NCBI RefSeq assembly: GCF_033153115.1
Contig: NW_026889779.1
Coordinates: forward strand, 3,472,001 to 3,536,000
Direction of reading: 5' to 3'
Source of the DNA: Saccostrea echinata
Lineage: Eukaryota
DNA length: 64,000 bases
The notes below the pieces were generated by a model. That model did no database searches, was not told where the DNA came from, and saw only the letters and a list, made by a program, of their open reading frames with translations. Every line of letters starts with the position of its first letter. Position 1 is the stretch's first letter. Of this stretch, positions 1 through 11,814 are shown one piece after another. Both the position numbers and the translations under genes were made by a program.

Positions 1-54
1 TTCAGACTAGCGAGGTACAGATCTGCAGCTAATTCCATACCACAGTATACTTAC

Positions 55-213
55 AACATCTGGATTGCTTTCCTTCAGCAGTGTAGCGTGATTTGCGAGG
101 TCTTCGTATTCCTGTTTAGCTTTCTTTATTAGCTGTTGATGAACACCTTTTTTATTATGAAGCCTCTCTGCTTCCTCGAGGACGGATTTTATCGTTTTTC
201 TACTCCTTGGCAT
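55..213 (-). CDS. Probable first coding exon of an unidentified gene continuing left of the window
   Basis: On the minus strand: ttgttttcaAG acceptor (220-219), ATG at 213, 53 open codons (MPRSRKTIKSVLEEAERLHNKKG...NPDV), then a GTAAGT donor at 54 in phase 0. No family recognised. Confidence 0.4.
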
Positions 214-1256
214 ATTCACTTGAAAACAAAAGTACATGCACCTTTTTACCAATAAGCAATTCACGTATGCATTTTAGAAAATACTTTGCTTGTGCATAAC
301 TGTATATGTATATATACGCATGAAGCATTCTATGGCATATAATGATTTCACAAAAAATTTAATAAAATAAACTGATTGATTCTCGATTGCTTAATGCTTA
401 ATACCGTTGAAAACAGAAGTCAAATAGATTGAATAGCTTAATAAATTCGTAAATCTGTATTCAGTAGAGAAAGATAATGGGCATTTTGTAAAATTTGCAA
501 CTAACAGTGACTAAAGCTTAATACTTTACATCTAGTTATATAATAGAAGTTAGTGAAATGCTTTGCCATTGACGACTTTATATTCATTTACAATAAAAAA
601 GAACATGGATATAAGGACCTTAGGTAAAATATCGTTATTTTGTTTACCTTCAAATAATGATAGGTATACTGTGCGAAATTCCAGCTAGGACGCCATTTGT
701 AAACAAAAATCAAACCGAAAGTAGATAACCATACTGTACTATAAAAATCTGCGTAGCTGAAAATAAGGTTAAGATTGAAAGATGCATATTTGAAGCTTTT
801 TTAAAAAAAAGTAAGATTTTAATTAATTTCATACTTGCTTGCATTTGGATATTAAATGTTATTTCTCTCATATATATTCCACATCAACTGTTTCAAACTT
901 GACTTAAACATTTTTTGGACAAGAAAAAAAAACAAAGAAGAAAACCTAAACAACTTGCCCAAACCTGGAAATCCTATTTCGGGGAGGGGGAGGGTAGTAA
1001 GAGACATTTTCTTCTAAAACGTGACTCTCCCCCGACCCCTCTGTATAGATCCGCCAATATAATTGGTAAAAGCATAGACCTAAAGCATTGCTTTAGGTCT
1101 ATGGTAAAATTGATTAAGTTATAGCCAAGTGACATTGAAATCAGAAAAGTTTTATTTTGATTCGTATTATGTCTAAATGTATTTGATAGAGTTCCATGAC
1201 TTCCAAGTTGAATTGTTCTCTATGCTTGTTGAATTGTTCTTTATATCTCTTGTAGA

Positions 1257-4200
1257 ATGGCGGACAAACAAAAACTAGGTATTAAAGTCCTTGTAGCTGC
1301 AATTGACTTTGGTACAACGTACTCGGGCTATGCCTTCTCTTTCAAAGATGAATACGAAAAGGATCCCACGAAAATCATGGCCAATACAACATGGGTGGCT
1401 GGACACAAGAATTTATTTTCTCAGAAAACCCCTACGTGTCTTTTGCTGAAATCTGACCAAAGTTTTCATTCGTTTGGATACGAGGCTGAAGATACATACA
1501 CTGATCTTGCCAATAAAGAAAAACATCATTCATGGTACTTCTTTCGGAGGTTCAAAATGATGTTACATAATAATATGGTGAGGAAATTATAATATTAGGA
1601 ATATATATTCTAGTTGTTTTTTTAAATTTATAACATGTATAAGACAAATTTTACATAATACGAGGGTTGTCCCAAAATTCCGTAGACAAGCGTCGTTTTG
1701 TAGTAACCCAGTGTCATAAACTAATGAAACTTTCAAAATAACTAAAACTACTAACAACTAATATTTTTAGTGTAAAACATTGCGTAATTACACACATTTA
1801 TCCTTTTTAAATGAAATAATTCAATGTCTGATGTAAAGAGGCGGCGCAATCTCAAAACTTGCTACTAAAAATCGGTATATAAAATGTGAAATCTTGCAAA
1901 AAAGAAATTTCTTGTCCAAATTTCGTGGGATAAAAATGATAGTTTCTCAAATTACATAAATAACTATCTTTATTCCAATTTTAACGCATATGCCTTCATT
2001 AATAAGAATGTTTTAACGTTTATTTGCACTGGCTAGACGCTTGACTGTGTAAAAAAAATGACGCCGCATTGACACAGGCGGCGCAATGGAATAGGATAAA
2101 TTGTAGATCGGAACTTTAATAGAGGTGCATGAGAAGAAACAAATGTTTGGAACACATAGATATACTCAAGTATGTATTATTTGAATGACATAAGAAGTTT
2201 TTCAAGGTATATATGGAAAACGAAGCAAATAAAGAGACCAGCCGAAAGAAATAGACAAAGAAATCGTCGTCAAAGCTACACAGTGCAGAAAGACGAACAA
2301 AAAGTCCCTCGGAGATAATGAGATTTTTATAAATTATTAATAGATGCATGCAATTTAAACTTTTTGGGCGTATATTTTAATGTTAAGTACATCATAACAA
2401 TTATAATATTTCATATTTATTTCACAAATCTTTATGTTAAAGTAGAAAATGTGATTCTGATAAGTAATGCATTTTCCCAAAAAATTCGTACCGGTGACGT
2501 TTACGTACTTTTTGACGTCGAAGATTGCGCCGGGTGGTAGGACACGGTAACATTAAAATTCCAATTAAACGTACGTTTTTCAAGTAATGATGTTAAAATT
2601 TCGTAATTTATCAGCTAAAAACGCACTTTATACACCCACAAAATTATGTAAAGATACCATGATTTCTGCAATAGATATGAACTCAGTTTACGGAATTTGG
2701 GGACAACCCTCGTAATGATTTTTTTACAGGATGAAAAAAAACAGCCTAAATTTTAATAATCATGTACAGGTCAAACGAAATTATTTTTTGCATTTAGAGA
2801 TGTTTCTTTGTAATTACGAATTAGACTTTGAACCGCGAAACAGTAATAGCAGACGACAGCGGCCAAAAAAAGCTCCCCGCCATGACAGTCTTTGCCCACA
2901 GCATACGGTATCTGAAAGATCACCTTCTAACCCATCTTAAAGTCAAAGGATTGGACGCCTTGGTCGAAGAAGATGATTGCATTCACTGGGTTTTGACAAT
3001 ACCCGCAATATGGAACGATAAATCTAAACAGTTTATGAGGGAGGCGGCAAAAGAGGTATGCTTGAAATTGTTTATTGTCAGATCATATTTCTTATAAAAC
3101 GCATGAAAATAAATGATATATCTATTCTGTACCAAAATATAAGTTCAAATTAAAGAAATTGTTAATGAATATATCGTCTCTAAAACACCAGGCAGGTATT
3201 GAGAGCGAGAATTTAAGCCTCGCACTGGAGCCGGAAGCGGCAGCTTTATATTGCAGAATGCTACCACTAGAGAGACTCTCCACAGCAAGTTCTACAAATC
3301 TCTCCATGTTTCAACCCGGAACTCGCTATATGGTGTTGGATTTGGGAGGTAAGACTTACCAAGATATGTAAAATACACCATTTTTACAAGTTAAATTTAT
3401 GATTCACAATTTGTTTGCAATGTTCTTGAAAAATTCTTTGTTCTGTTCATTTAACTGATAATTTTTTTATACACATCGAAACGTACAATATTAACAAACT
3501 GACGAAACACAAGTTTGTGTGTGTTTAAGGGATTAAGTGATGGAATCCGGGGAAAGGGGGGGGGGGGGCAGACTCATCAGCGCATGTCACGTTGTGTAAC
3601 AAATTAAAGAAAAGGAAATAAACTTTCCAACAATGACACGTGTCATTACCAAAACCATAACTTCGGAAGGAACTGTAATACAAAATAATGATGTATTGCC
3701 TGGAAAAAAGACCCTAATTAATCTGATTTTCTTTGTGACGTCATATTTCTTAAAAAAAATACGCATGAAAGTAAACCTCACATTAGCAAGTTTGGTCATC
3801 TATGGTATAATATTTTGTAAGAATCTCATTTTATTTAAAAAGATCCATAACTGGATCCAAAATCTTATGCCCAGTCACATTTATCAAGCTATTTTTCTAC
3901 GTTTTCAGTTATACGATATCAAGGTAAGAGGAATTGAAAGTGGTAAATCTTTAATTAAACATAAGTTTATATTAGAGAAGCTATGATGGCATATTTATGC
4001 AATCCACATAATTTTTGTAATGATAACATCAGATAAATCTTCACATCAAAAGTGATTATGATCAAGACCCTGAATTACAGTAAATTAGTAAATTGTATAA
4101 AAAAAAAAAAATGTTTATTATCTGTAGGTCACAGAGATGATCTTTCTGTTAACCATCGTTCGTTGGTCGCTTACTTTTGAACATTTTTAGCTTCTTTGGA

Positions 4201-7200
4201 ACCACTGAACCATTTTCATAAAATGTTGCTATATACCATCTAATGGGGAACAAAAACAGTAAATTTCATGATCTCTTCTTTGTGCCTAAGAGGTGGAGCC
4301 AAATGCAATACACGTATTTAAAATCTTCTTTGCTCTTGGAATCAAGTGTGAAGCATGATTATAATTTACAAGAAGTAAGCACTACCAAAATTATGAAAAT
4401 CATGAAGGGTCAATGATTGAGGGTTCAACATGCAGGGTGGAGTTAACTTGATCACATATTAAAAATACATTATTTATTAGAAAATCTTAATTATAATAAG
4501 TGCTCAACCTCTACCATACATGTAATTGTAAAATTCTTGGCCACGGGGTCAATTCTTCAGACTGTGGGGTGGGGCTTAATTGGTTGAATATTAAAAATCA
4601 TTACATCTTTGTTCTCTACGCGCTCATGCTCATTAAGCAGGCAAACTGTTTCCAAGATTATAATAATACTAAGCCCTCGGCCAAAATTGGAAAAAACATG
4701 GTTCATAGTCCCTAGTTTAAGCATCAGGGTGGGGCTTAATTGGTCATGCATTTGAAATACACTACAATTTATTTTCTCGTGTTTGCATGTTATCCATAGC
4801 CAGAATTGTAAATTCATAGCTCTTTGGTTCAGTGTTCAGACTCCTGGGATGAGTTTTCAATATATTTGGTTATATACTGAAAAGAAAAAGAAGCGCAGGG
4901 TTACATAATATGCGAAAATTGATCATGTCCATTCTATCAAAGAAACACACTCAGCTAGTGTCAGACTTGAATTATCGTTTACTCTCAATATTACAAAAAG
5001 CTATGTCCATTAATGACCATTATATTTTCCTCAGTTTGGGTGTCCGATGCTCTACCGGCCACATCCAACTCGGTTAAGACCTAATTTTGACTTATTAAAG
5101 CTATATATGGCGTATCTGAGCCAAAAAATAAAAATACGAGATTGAGTGAAGATAACCATGATATTTGTTTTAAATTGTGTCTGTTATTTAAATGCAGAGT
5201 CGGTAAATAAATCGGTTATTGTTTAAAATTCTAATATCTTTGAAACGTGATTGATTTAAATTGTGTAATTTACAGTAAAGTCCTATCTTTATATAAAGTA
5301 ATAAAACAACTAGAAATATCTTTTTTAATTTTAGTTAGTCCGAACTTATAAAAAATACGCCATATATGACTTTAAGCTATTGTTGAAATTCATGTTGATT
5401 GTTATTATAAATTAGAAAACTGATTTTACCAGTTCTTAGACTTTGTATTGGAAGACCATATGGAATACGGCACCTTTCTCGTTTACGTTGCATTAAGGCC
5501 CCACGGCGCCGCTTCTTTATTACCTGACAACATTCCCTTTTCCCCGTTTGCGTTAAAACAGCGCAAAATAAAACAGTTGGGTTACTTTTTTACGTATGAC
5601 CAAAATCTAACTGGTTATGATATAATGAAACTCTTGACATCTTTTAAAATCTTCATCATTACTCATGGACAATTTAGCAGGCAAACGTTTTGCATCAATC
5701 TGCAGCTAGCCCTGTAAAATATTGGGAAAAAAGTTTATGTTCCCCTGTACAGGGATTAGTCCAAGGGAGGGGCTAAGCTTGTCTTAAATGCAATATGAAG
5801 TTACAGTGTACCCTATCTTCATTATACTCGTGAACCTTTAGAAGACAAGGAGCATGACTAAAGATTATAGAGTCCTCATCAAACTATATAATTTTTGTCA
5901 CTTGAGACCAGTGTTTCAGTTCCAGGTGGGGCTAATGTGGTCATAAGAAACTTATGATATTCATGAACTGTCATTGCTAAGGACTATTGTTAAGTAAACT
6001 TGACAAGAAAGTTTTGATTGATCGAAAAAAAGCACATACACAACTGTGTCTTTTTACACAAGCTGTGTAAACAAGCACTCTGAGAGTATTGCATTAGCAA
6101 TACTAGTCTCCTACCGGCAAAAGTAATATATTAATGTGGCTCCCATTAAAAATTGAAAATGCCATAATTCTTTCAGAAATCATTGAAGCTGACATGAAAT
6201 GCAAACGTATTGCGTAACTCATCAAGGTAGACTTATATACCAAAAATCATCTCAATATCTGCAAGTGTGTAGAAAAAAAAGGGCGGAAACCAAGTGGGAC
6301 AGACTGACAGACAGAGGTCAGACAGACAGCTAGACGGACGGACAGACGAGGAGAAAACTTATAGTTCCCTCCGGTTTCACCGGTAGGGGATTTATAAAAA
6401 GGAACTTTAAAATTAAAAAAAAGAAAAAGTAAAGCTAACTGGATCAAAATTGTCTAGTGCTAAAGCTAACATTCACATTGGATGATGGCACAACGAAATA
6501 ACTAGATCAGAAAATTAAGGAATTAGAAAATGCAAACATGCACACAAGATTTAAATACAAATTCATCAAAGTTTTTTTTTTTAATTTTTAACCATATATT
6601 CATTTATATCATCATTTTATAAGCATAAGCACGCGGGGCAAGGCGGTTTGACCCCCTTTTCTGAGTTTTATACATGTATATATATGAAAATTACATACTT
6701 AGGCCAACTGCCCCTCCTATTTTTGTACCATAATATTTTTTGCCGAAATAAGTTTTTCCCACTACCCCCTACCCTATCTTTAAAAAAGTGGTCCCTTCCC
6801 CTTTTTTTTTGTCAAACTATTTTAGGTCTCTTTTTTCTTGTCATTTTTTTTTAATTTTCCCCCTCCACTCTAATAAAAAATACGATGCTATGGCCGATGC
6901 CAAAAGTTATTTTTAAAGTTTGATGACTTAAATTTTATTTTTCACCCCATACACAGCTGTAATTTATTTACAGGAGGGACTGTTGATGTAACTGTTCAAG
7001 AGGTACTGTCCGATTATACCCTTAAGGAACTCCACAAAGCCAGCGGAGGGGCATGGGGAGGAACCAAAATCGACGAAGCATTTATCCAAATGATTATGGG
7101 AATTGTTGGGAGTCCGGTGATGTTGAATTTCAAGAAAAATCATCCTGCCGATAACCTTGAACTTGTTCGGGAATTCGAAACTAAAAAGCGATCAGTGTCC

Positions 7201-8043
7201 ACTAATGTGAAAGAAAAAATCACTTTTCGAATTCCGGTATCCTTGGTAGACATTTTTGAGGATGAATATGATGAAGACTTAAAATCAACGATTTCGCAGA
7301 CGAGACATAAGGACAAGCTAATGTGGAAAGGAGACAAACTTCGCATGAACGGAGAAATTGTTCATGAACTATTTAAACATTGTTGTGAAAGTATTGTTAA
7401 TCACGTCAAGGAACTCCTTGTGCATCCGTTTTGCGATGGGGTAGAAAACATTTTAATGGTTGGTGGATTTTCTGAATGCAAACTTATTCAAGAAGCAATT
7501 AAAAACAATTTCAAGAATAACAGAGTCATCATACCAGAAGAAGCGGGCTTGGCTATTGTGAAGGGCGCCGTGCTCTTTGGACATAATCCTAAAACGATTG
7601 TTTCCAGGAAGACAAAATGGACGTACGGTGTCCAGTCCAATAGAAATTTTGAATCAGGTGATCCTCCAGAGAAAAGATTTAAAGTTGGTGGCATTGATAA
7701 ATGCAGAGATATCTTCAGCGTCCATGTGGGTGTCAACGAAACAGTTGAAGTGGGAACGCCCCTTGAACCCCGTTATTACTCACCTTTACACAAAGACTCT
7801 GATACTGTGGACATTCCAATTTACGTTTCATCTGAGAGATATCCTAAATATACTACCGATTGCACGTGCTCCTATGTAGGAAAAATGTCGGTAGATTTGG
7901 AGAAATCAAACAATGATAGGGAAATCGAAGTCAAAATGACTTTTGGTGGAACAGAGCTGATAGTTGAAGCTAAGGACATGGCGTCAGGGAATCCACGTAA
8001 GGCCAAGTTTAACTTCCTGGAAACCGATAACTTAACGAAATAA
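1257..8043 (+). CDS. HSPA12: Heat shock 70 kDa protein 12-like (HSPA12A/B family), 592 aa, 4 coding exons
   Basis: Exons 1257-1577, 2825-3055, 3192-3348 and 6974-8043, all GT-AG, phases 0/0/1, 1779 nt in total. Motifs: AAIDFGTTYSGYAF, WVLTIPAIW, LALEPEAAALYC, VLDLGGGTVDVTV (spans a junction), LMVGGFSEC, MTFGGTEL. An acceptor just before the ATG (1255) implies a 5'UTR exon upstream. Confidence 0.93.
1661..2712. mobile_element. Non-autonomous mariner-type element (1052 bp) in HSPA12 intron 1
   Basis: 27-bp TIRs, CGAGGGTTGTCCCAAAATTCCGTAGAC versus reverse-complemented CGAGGGTTGTCCCCAAATTCCGTAAAC (2 mismatches). TA on both flanks (1659-1660, 2713-2714). No transposase ORF. Confidence 0.85.
4120..4860. 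repeat. Degenerate satellite-like / Helitron-associated repeat
   Basis: Recurring motifs (aattgtaaattc, cagggtggggcttaattggt, aaaatcttctt) with roughly 160-170 bp spacing, reminiscent of oyster Cg170-like arrays. Boundaries approximate. Confidence 0.45.
5099..5371. mobile_element. Kolobok-type MITE, copy 1
   Basis: TTAA on both flanks (5095-5098, 5372-5375). TIR AGCTATATATGGCGTAT / AGTCATATATGGCGTAT. An inverted copy lies at 60944-61257. Confidence 0.75.
6070..6396. mobile_element. Helitron/Helentron-associated short element (HINE-like)
   Basis: Starts aacaag, has subterminal inverted motifs (tagtctcctaccgg / ccggtaggggatt), a (GACA/GACG)n microsatellite at about 6298-6347 and a terminal hairpin ccggtttcaccgg. 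Confidence 0.55.
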
Positions 8044-8359
8044 CTCACATCAGGGCTAAATTATTTCAAATTGTTTATATAATTCAAACATATTTCCACT
8101 GCTAACCCTCTACATTAATTGTTTTTAAATTTGTGTAACATAGAGGTATCACATAGTGTGATGTGAAGGAGAAATCTCAGGCAAGACTATAGCTTTGGTA
8201 TATTGAATTGAACTTAATACATTGTACATTAGGGAAAACAGCCCTCTAATAACTTTAATTTTTTAAAAATATTCATTTTAATCACGCAGAAACAATCAAC
8301 ATTTTAAAATAATTTCATTTCATGTAGAAATGAATGATTGAAGAATATTAAATGATTGA

Positions 8360-8685
8360 TTGATTGTGTGTTGTTTTATGTACCATTCGAGAATTGTTCA
8401 CTCATATAGAGACGTCACCATATACCGGTAAGGGCTTCAAATTTAGACTAGGGCCATTGAGCAGTGAGGGTTCTTTATCGTACCAACGTCTACCGTGACA
8501 CGGGGTCTCGGTTTTTAAGGTCTCATCCAAAGGACCCGCATCTTTCACTTTAAAGTGCCGAGCGCTTGGCGAAGAAACAGTTGCTACCTATATTTTTTAG
8601 ACTTGGGTCACTCGCGGCCGTGATTCGTACACACGACCTTCTGATCAAGGAGAGAGCGCTCTACCAACTGAGCTACCGTGACAGC
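8360..8685 (-). mobile_element. tRNA-derived SINE, full length, with TSD
   Basis: Minus-strand head GCTGTCACGGTAGCTCAGTTGGTAGAGC (box A) and a box-B-like GTACGAATC; (CAAT)n tail; flanking direct repeat TTAAATGATTGA at 8348-8359 and 8686-8697. Related copies at 20855-21145 and 35243-35573. Confidence 0.8.
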
Positions 8686-9169
8686 TTAAATGATTGAAGA
8701 ATCCTTGTTATTATTGTGTGTGTGAGGGTGGGTTTGTGTGTGTGTCACCTGAGCCACTGTAAAAGGTGACCTATTGCTAAAACTGGTGGCTAGTGTCGCA
8801 CGTTAATTTTTGAAGATTTACAACTTCTGCTTAATGATTGATTACATGTAATCTTCTTTACTAGCAAGCATCTACATGACATACTGAGTGAACAGTTCTA
8901 ACAAGCAAATGTGTCTCAGAGAAAATTGTGAAATTCATTACCCTGTCCAAGGGGTTTTGGCTCCAGGGCAGGGCTGTATGCAAAGAACAAAAAAATTCAA
9001 GAATTGTGTCCCCCTCTTTCGGTGTCCCTGTGGTTGGAATGCTATTTTTTATTATAATTAGAATAGCATATTGTATCTGGGTTTTTTTCTCTGTGTCCTG
9101 TCTAACCTTTTCTGTCCATCATACGATAATAGATTTTAAACTTTTGAATTAAAGTTACGGCGAAGATTA

Positions 9170-9680
9170 AAGTTTCTTAAAACTGCATCAAACTTCAAGG
9201 TCAAGGTCACGAGGTCAAATATCACAATACAATCCGAAAGGTTTTATTACAAGTAATGCACATGTGGCGAAAATATGAAAACTTTTCTGAAGTTATGGCC
9301 AAACTTGAAATTTTGATAAGTAGGTCAAACTTCTAGGTCAAGGTTATGAAATCAAAAATTATAGTTCTTTCTGAAAGGTGTTGTCAAAGGTAATGTACCA
9401 TGACAAATATGAAGCCCTATTTTCTCTTATTCAAAAGTATCATTGTATGTTTAACTTTAAGGTCACGAGGTCAAAAACCATAGTATATTCAGAAAAGTCT
9501 TGTAACAGGTAATGCAAATGTCAAAATGAATGCCCTATGTTTTCTTATCTAAAAGTTATCACCACTGTTTAAATTTTGAATAGTAGGTTAAACTTCAAGG
9601 TCACGTGGTCACAAATCATACTTTATTTGGAAAAGTCATGTCACGGGAAATGCACCTATCAAATACAAAGGCCCAATATT
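9170..9680. repeat. Tandem array of about 130-140 bp units (aaacttcaaggtcaaggtcacgaggtc motif), Helitron-associated satellite-like
   Basis: The motif recurs at about 9190, 9328, 9453 and 9590. Confidence 0.65.
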
Positions 9681-11814
9681 CTCAGTATACATTATAATGC
9701 ATTTAATCTTTTTTAATCTTCTTTACAATGATATAAGAGACATACAGACAAAATGGTTACTGTTATAACGAGCAAATAAAGTATAAAAAATAGCCCCAAA
9801 ATATTCATTGAACATTTCTTCAAGAACGGGCTACTAAATGTAGCCTATCGTGAAAATGCATTTTATTTCAAAAATCTTCTTTATTAATAAGTATATTATG
9901 ATATAGTAATAGAATAAAGTTCATATCATAACAATGCATTTTAATGTATTAAAGAAGTTGAATTAAACTGAAATTACTTACATGTACATGTATTGTATAC
10001 AAAACTATAAGTATGGTATGAGAAATCTATGGATAGCAATGTTTATCGAAATTTAAGAATTGTGTCATTGATAAGAAATGTGTAAAATGTATGCTCAAAT
10101 CACTTTCAATGTACATTCAATTCTAAACAATTTGTTTAGATCCTCCAAATCTTTCTTGCCATATTTTTTGCCCAGCTGTCAATTTTAATATTTGATAAAA
10201 TACCAATTTCTTTCACATGTTCCTTGTTAATAGAGGACCGGAATTAATCTGCTAGTTTTATTATTTTTTTAATTGTCTTTAATTTATGTTATCCAAATTA
10301 GATAAATCGGCATTCTTTTTTTAATTCTTCATGCCAGATCTTTGAAGGCTTTCTAACATAAAAACGTATCATTATCGGAAATAGAAATACTGGTCACAAC
10401 TAAACATCAATACCAATAAGATCTGTCTTAAATCAAACGGTCAGTTAACGCTCTGTAAATGAAAAAAATGCGTGCAAAAACCATTAACTAGGGAAAAAAA
10501 CAAAAATTCAATTTCTGGCACTGAATGAAGCATGGGCAGAAAATCTGAATCCTCAGAGGAATACACGCTGACAATTGACAGGAACTGGTGGAGAAGAATG
10601 CTTTATTAATGATTACAATCTATAGTAAAGAAAATGTATATTATCATGGGTAATTTTAGAAATAAATCCTAAATTCTACAACTTGAGGCAGATACGAGAA
10701 GGCTTGATATGAAATGTCGTTGATAATCTAATTGGACAGGCTGAAAACCATCAATACTAGATCCAAATTTTGTGAATTACTGCTTCAAGATCAATCTTAG
10801 GATGACAGCTATTGTAAACGAATTCCAGTCCTAACTATATCATTAAATGTGTTAAGCTGCAGAGCCGAAATTCATCAGATTTTTTTCTGACCGGTGAAGA
10901 AACATCGCAAAGGTTTTTCTTTTTTTTTTTTCATATTGTGGAGTTAGTTTTCAATGGGATGTATAACCTGTCATTTACCTACGAATTCATTTGGGTATTC
11001 ATCAAAAATTGAATTCACATTTAGCTTTAATTAATTTAAAAGTATTTCTGTCCTACCTTGCTATTAATTAACGATTCTCTAATGATGATTGGTATTGGAT
11101 AGGTTATTGAGTAGGAAGCTTAAACTATTGGGTAGATGTTAAAAGTCATTTGCTAGACCATGCCCAACTCATTAATCTTTCGGGAATTGCTCGCTAAATC
11201 AGATTTATGCTGCTATCTAATTAACTAGACATAGAAATCAATTGCAAGATAATAACTCCCTCTTTTGTGAGAGGTACGATATAAATTTCCTATTTAAGTT
11301 TAAACAAACAATAATTAAAAATCAACGTGCTTTATCTTTTCTCTCTCTTTTTTCAAATAAGAGAATATGATCGTTACAAACTAAATTGGGTCTTGTAGCT
11401 TTAATACGTAGAGGAAAGAAACACACTTAGTATAAGCAATACAATTAAATGAACAGACATTATTATTATTAAAATAAGATGAAATCTTTTATCCCCACTT
11501 TTATAAAACCGTCAAGATAAGAAACAGACACCAGAGGTATATCAGTTTGCATCATTCCTTTGCACGTCTAGTTAAACAAGCAAAAACAAAAATAAAAGGC
11601 TGAAAGTTCAGGATACACATCGTTGCCCTTTTTACGAAAAAAAAACTTTAAGACCAATGGTATATTATTTCCTATCAAATCAATTTACTGCATTTGCATA
11701 AAGCATAGCTCGACTAGCGATCAATAGAGAGTGAGTGCTATATATTTAAATCTATTACTCGCACATTGTGGATTTCCCGAAGCTCCGAAGTTGCAAACCC
11801 GATAAACTTCTAAA

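Noticed and set aside
3633-3986. 117-aa ORF in HSPA12 intron 3
   Set aside because: AT-rich composition, no motifs, and not needed for the HSPA12 reading frame.
8600-8685. Possible tRNA gene on the minus strand
   Set aside because: It is the head of a SINE with a body, tail and TSD.
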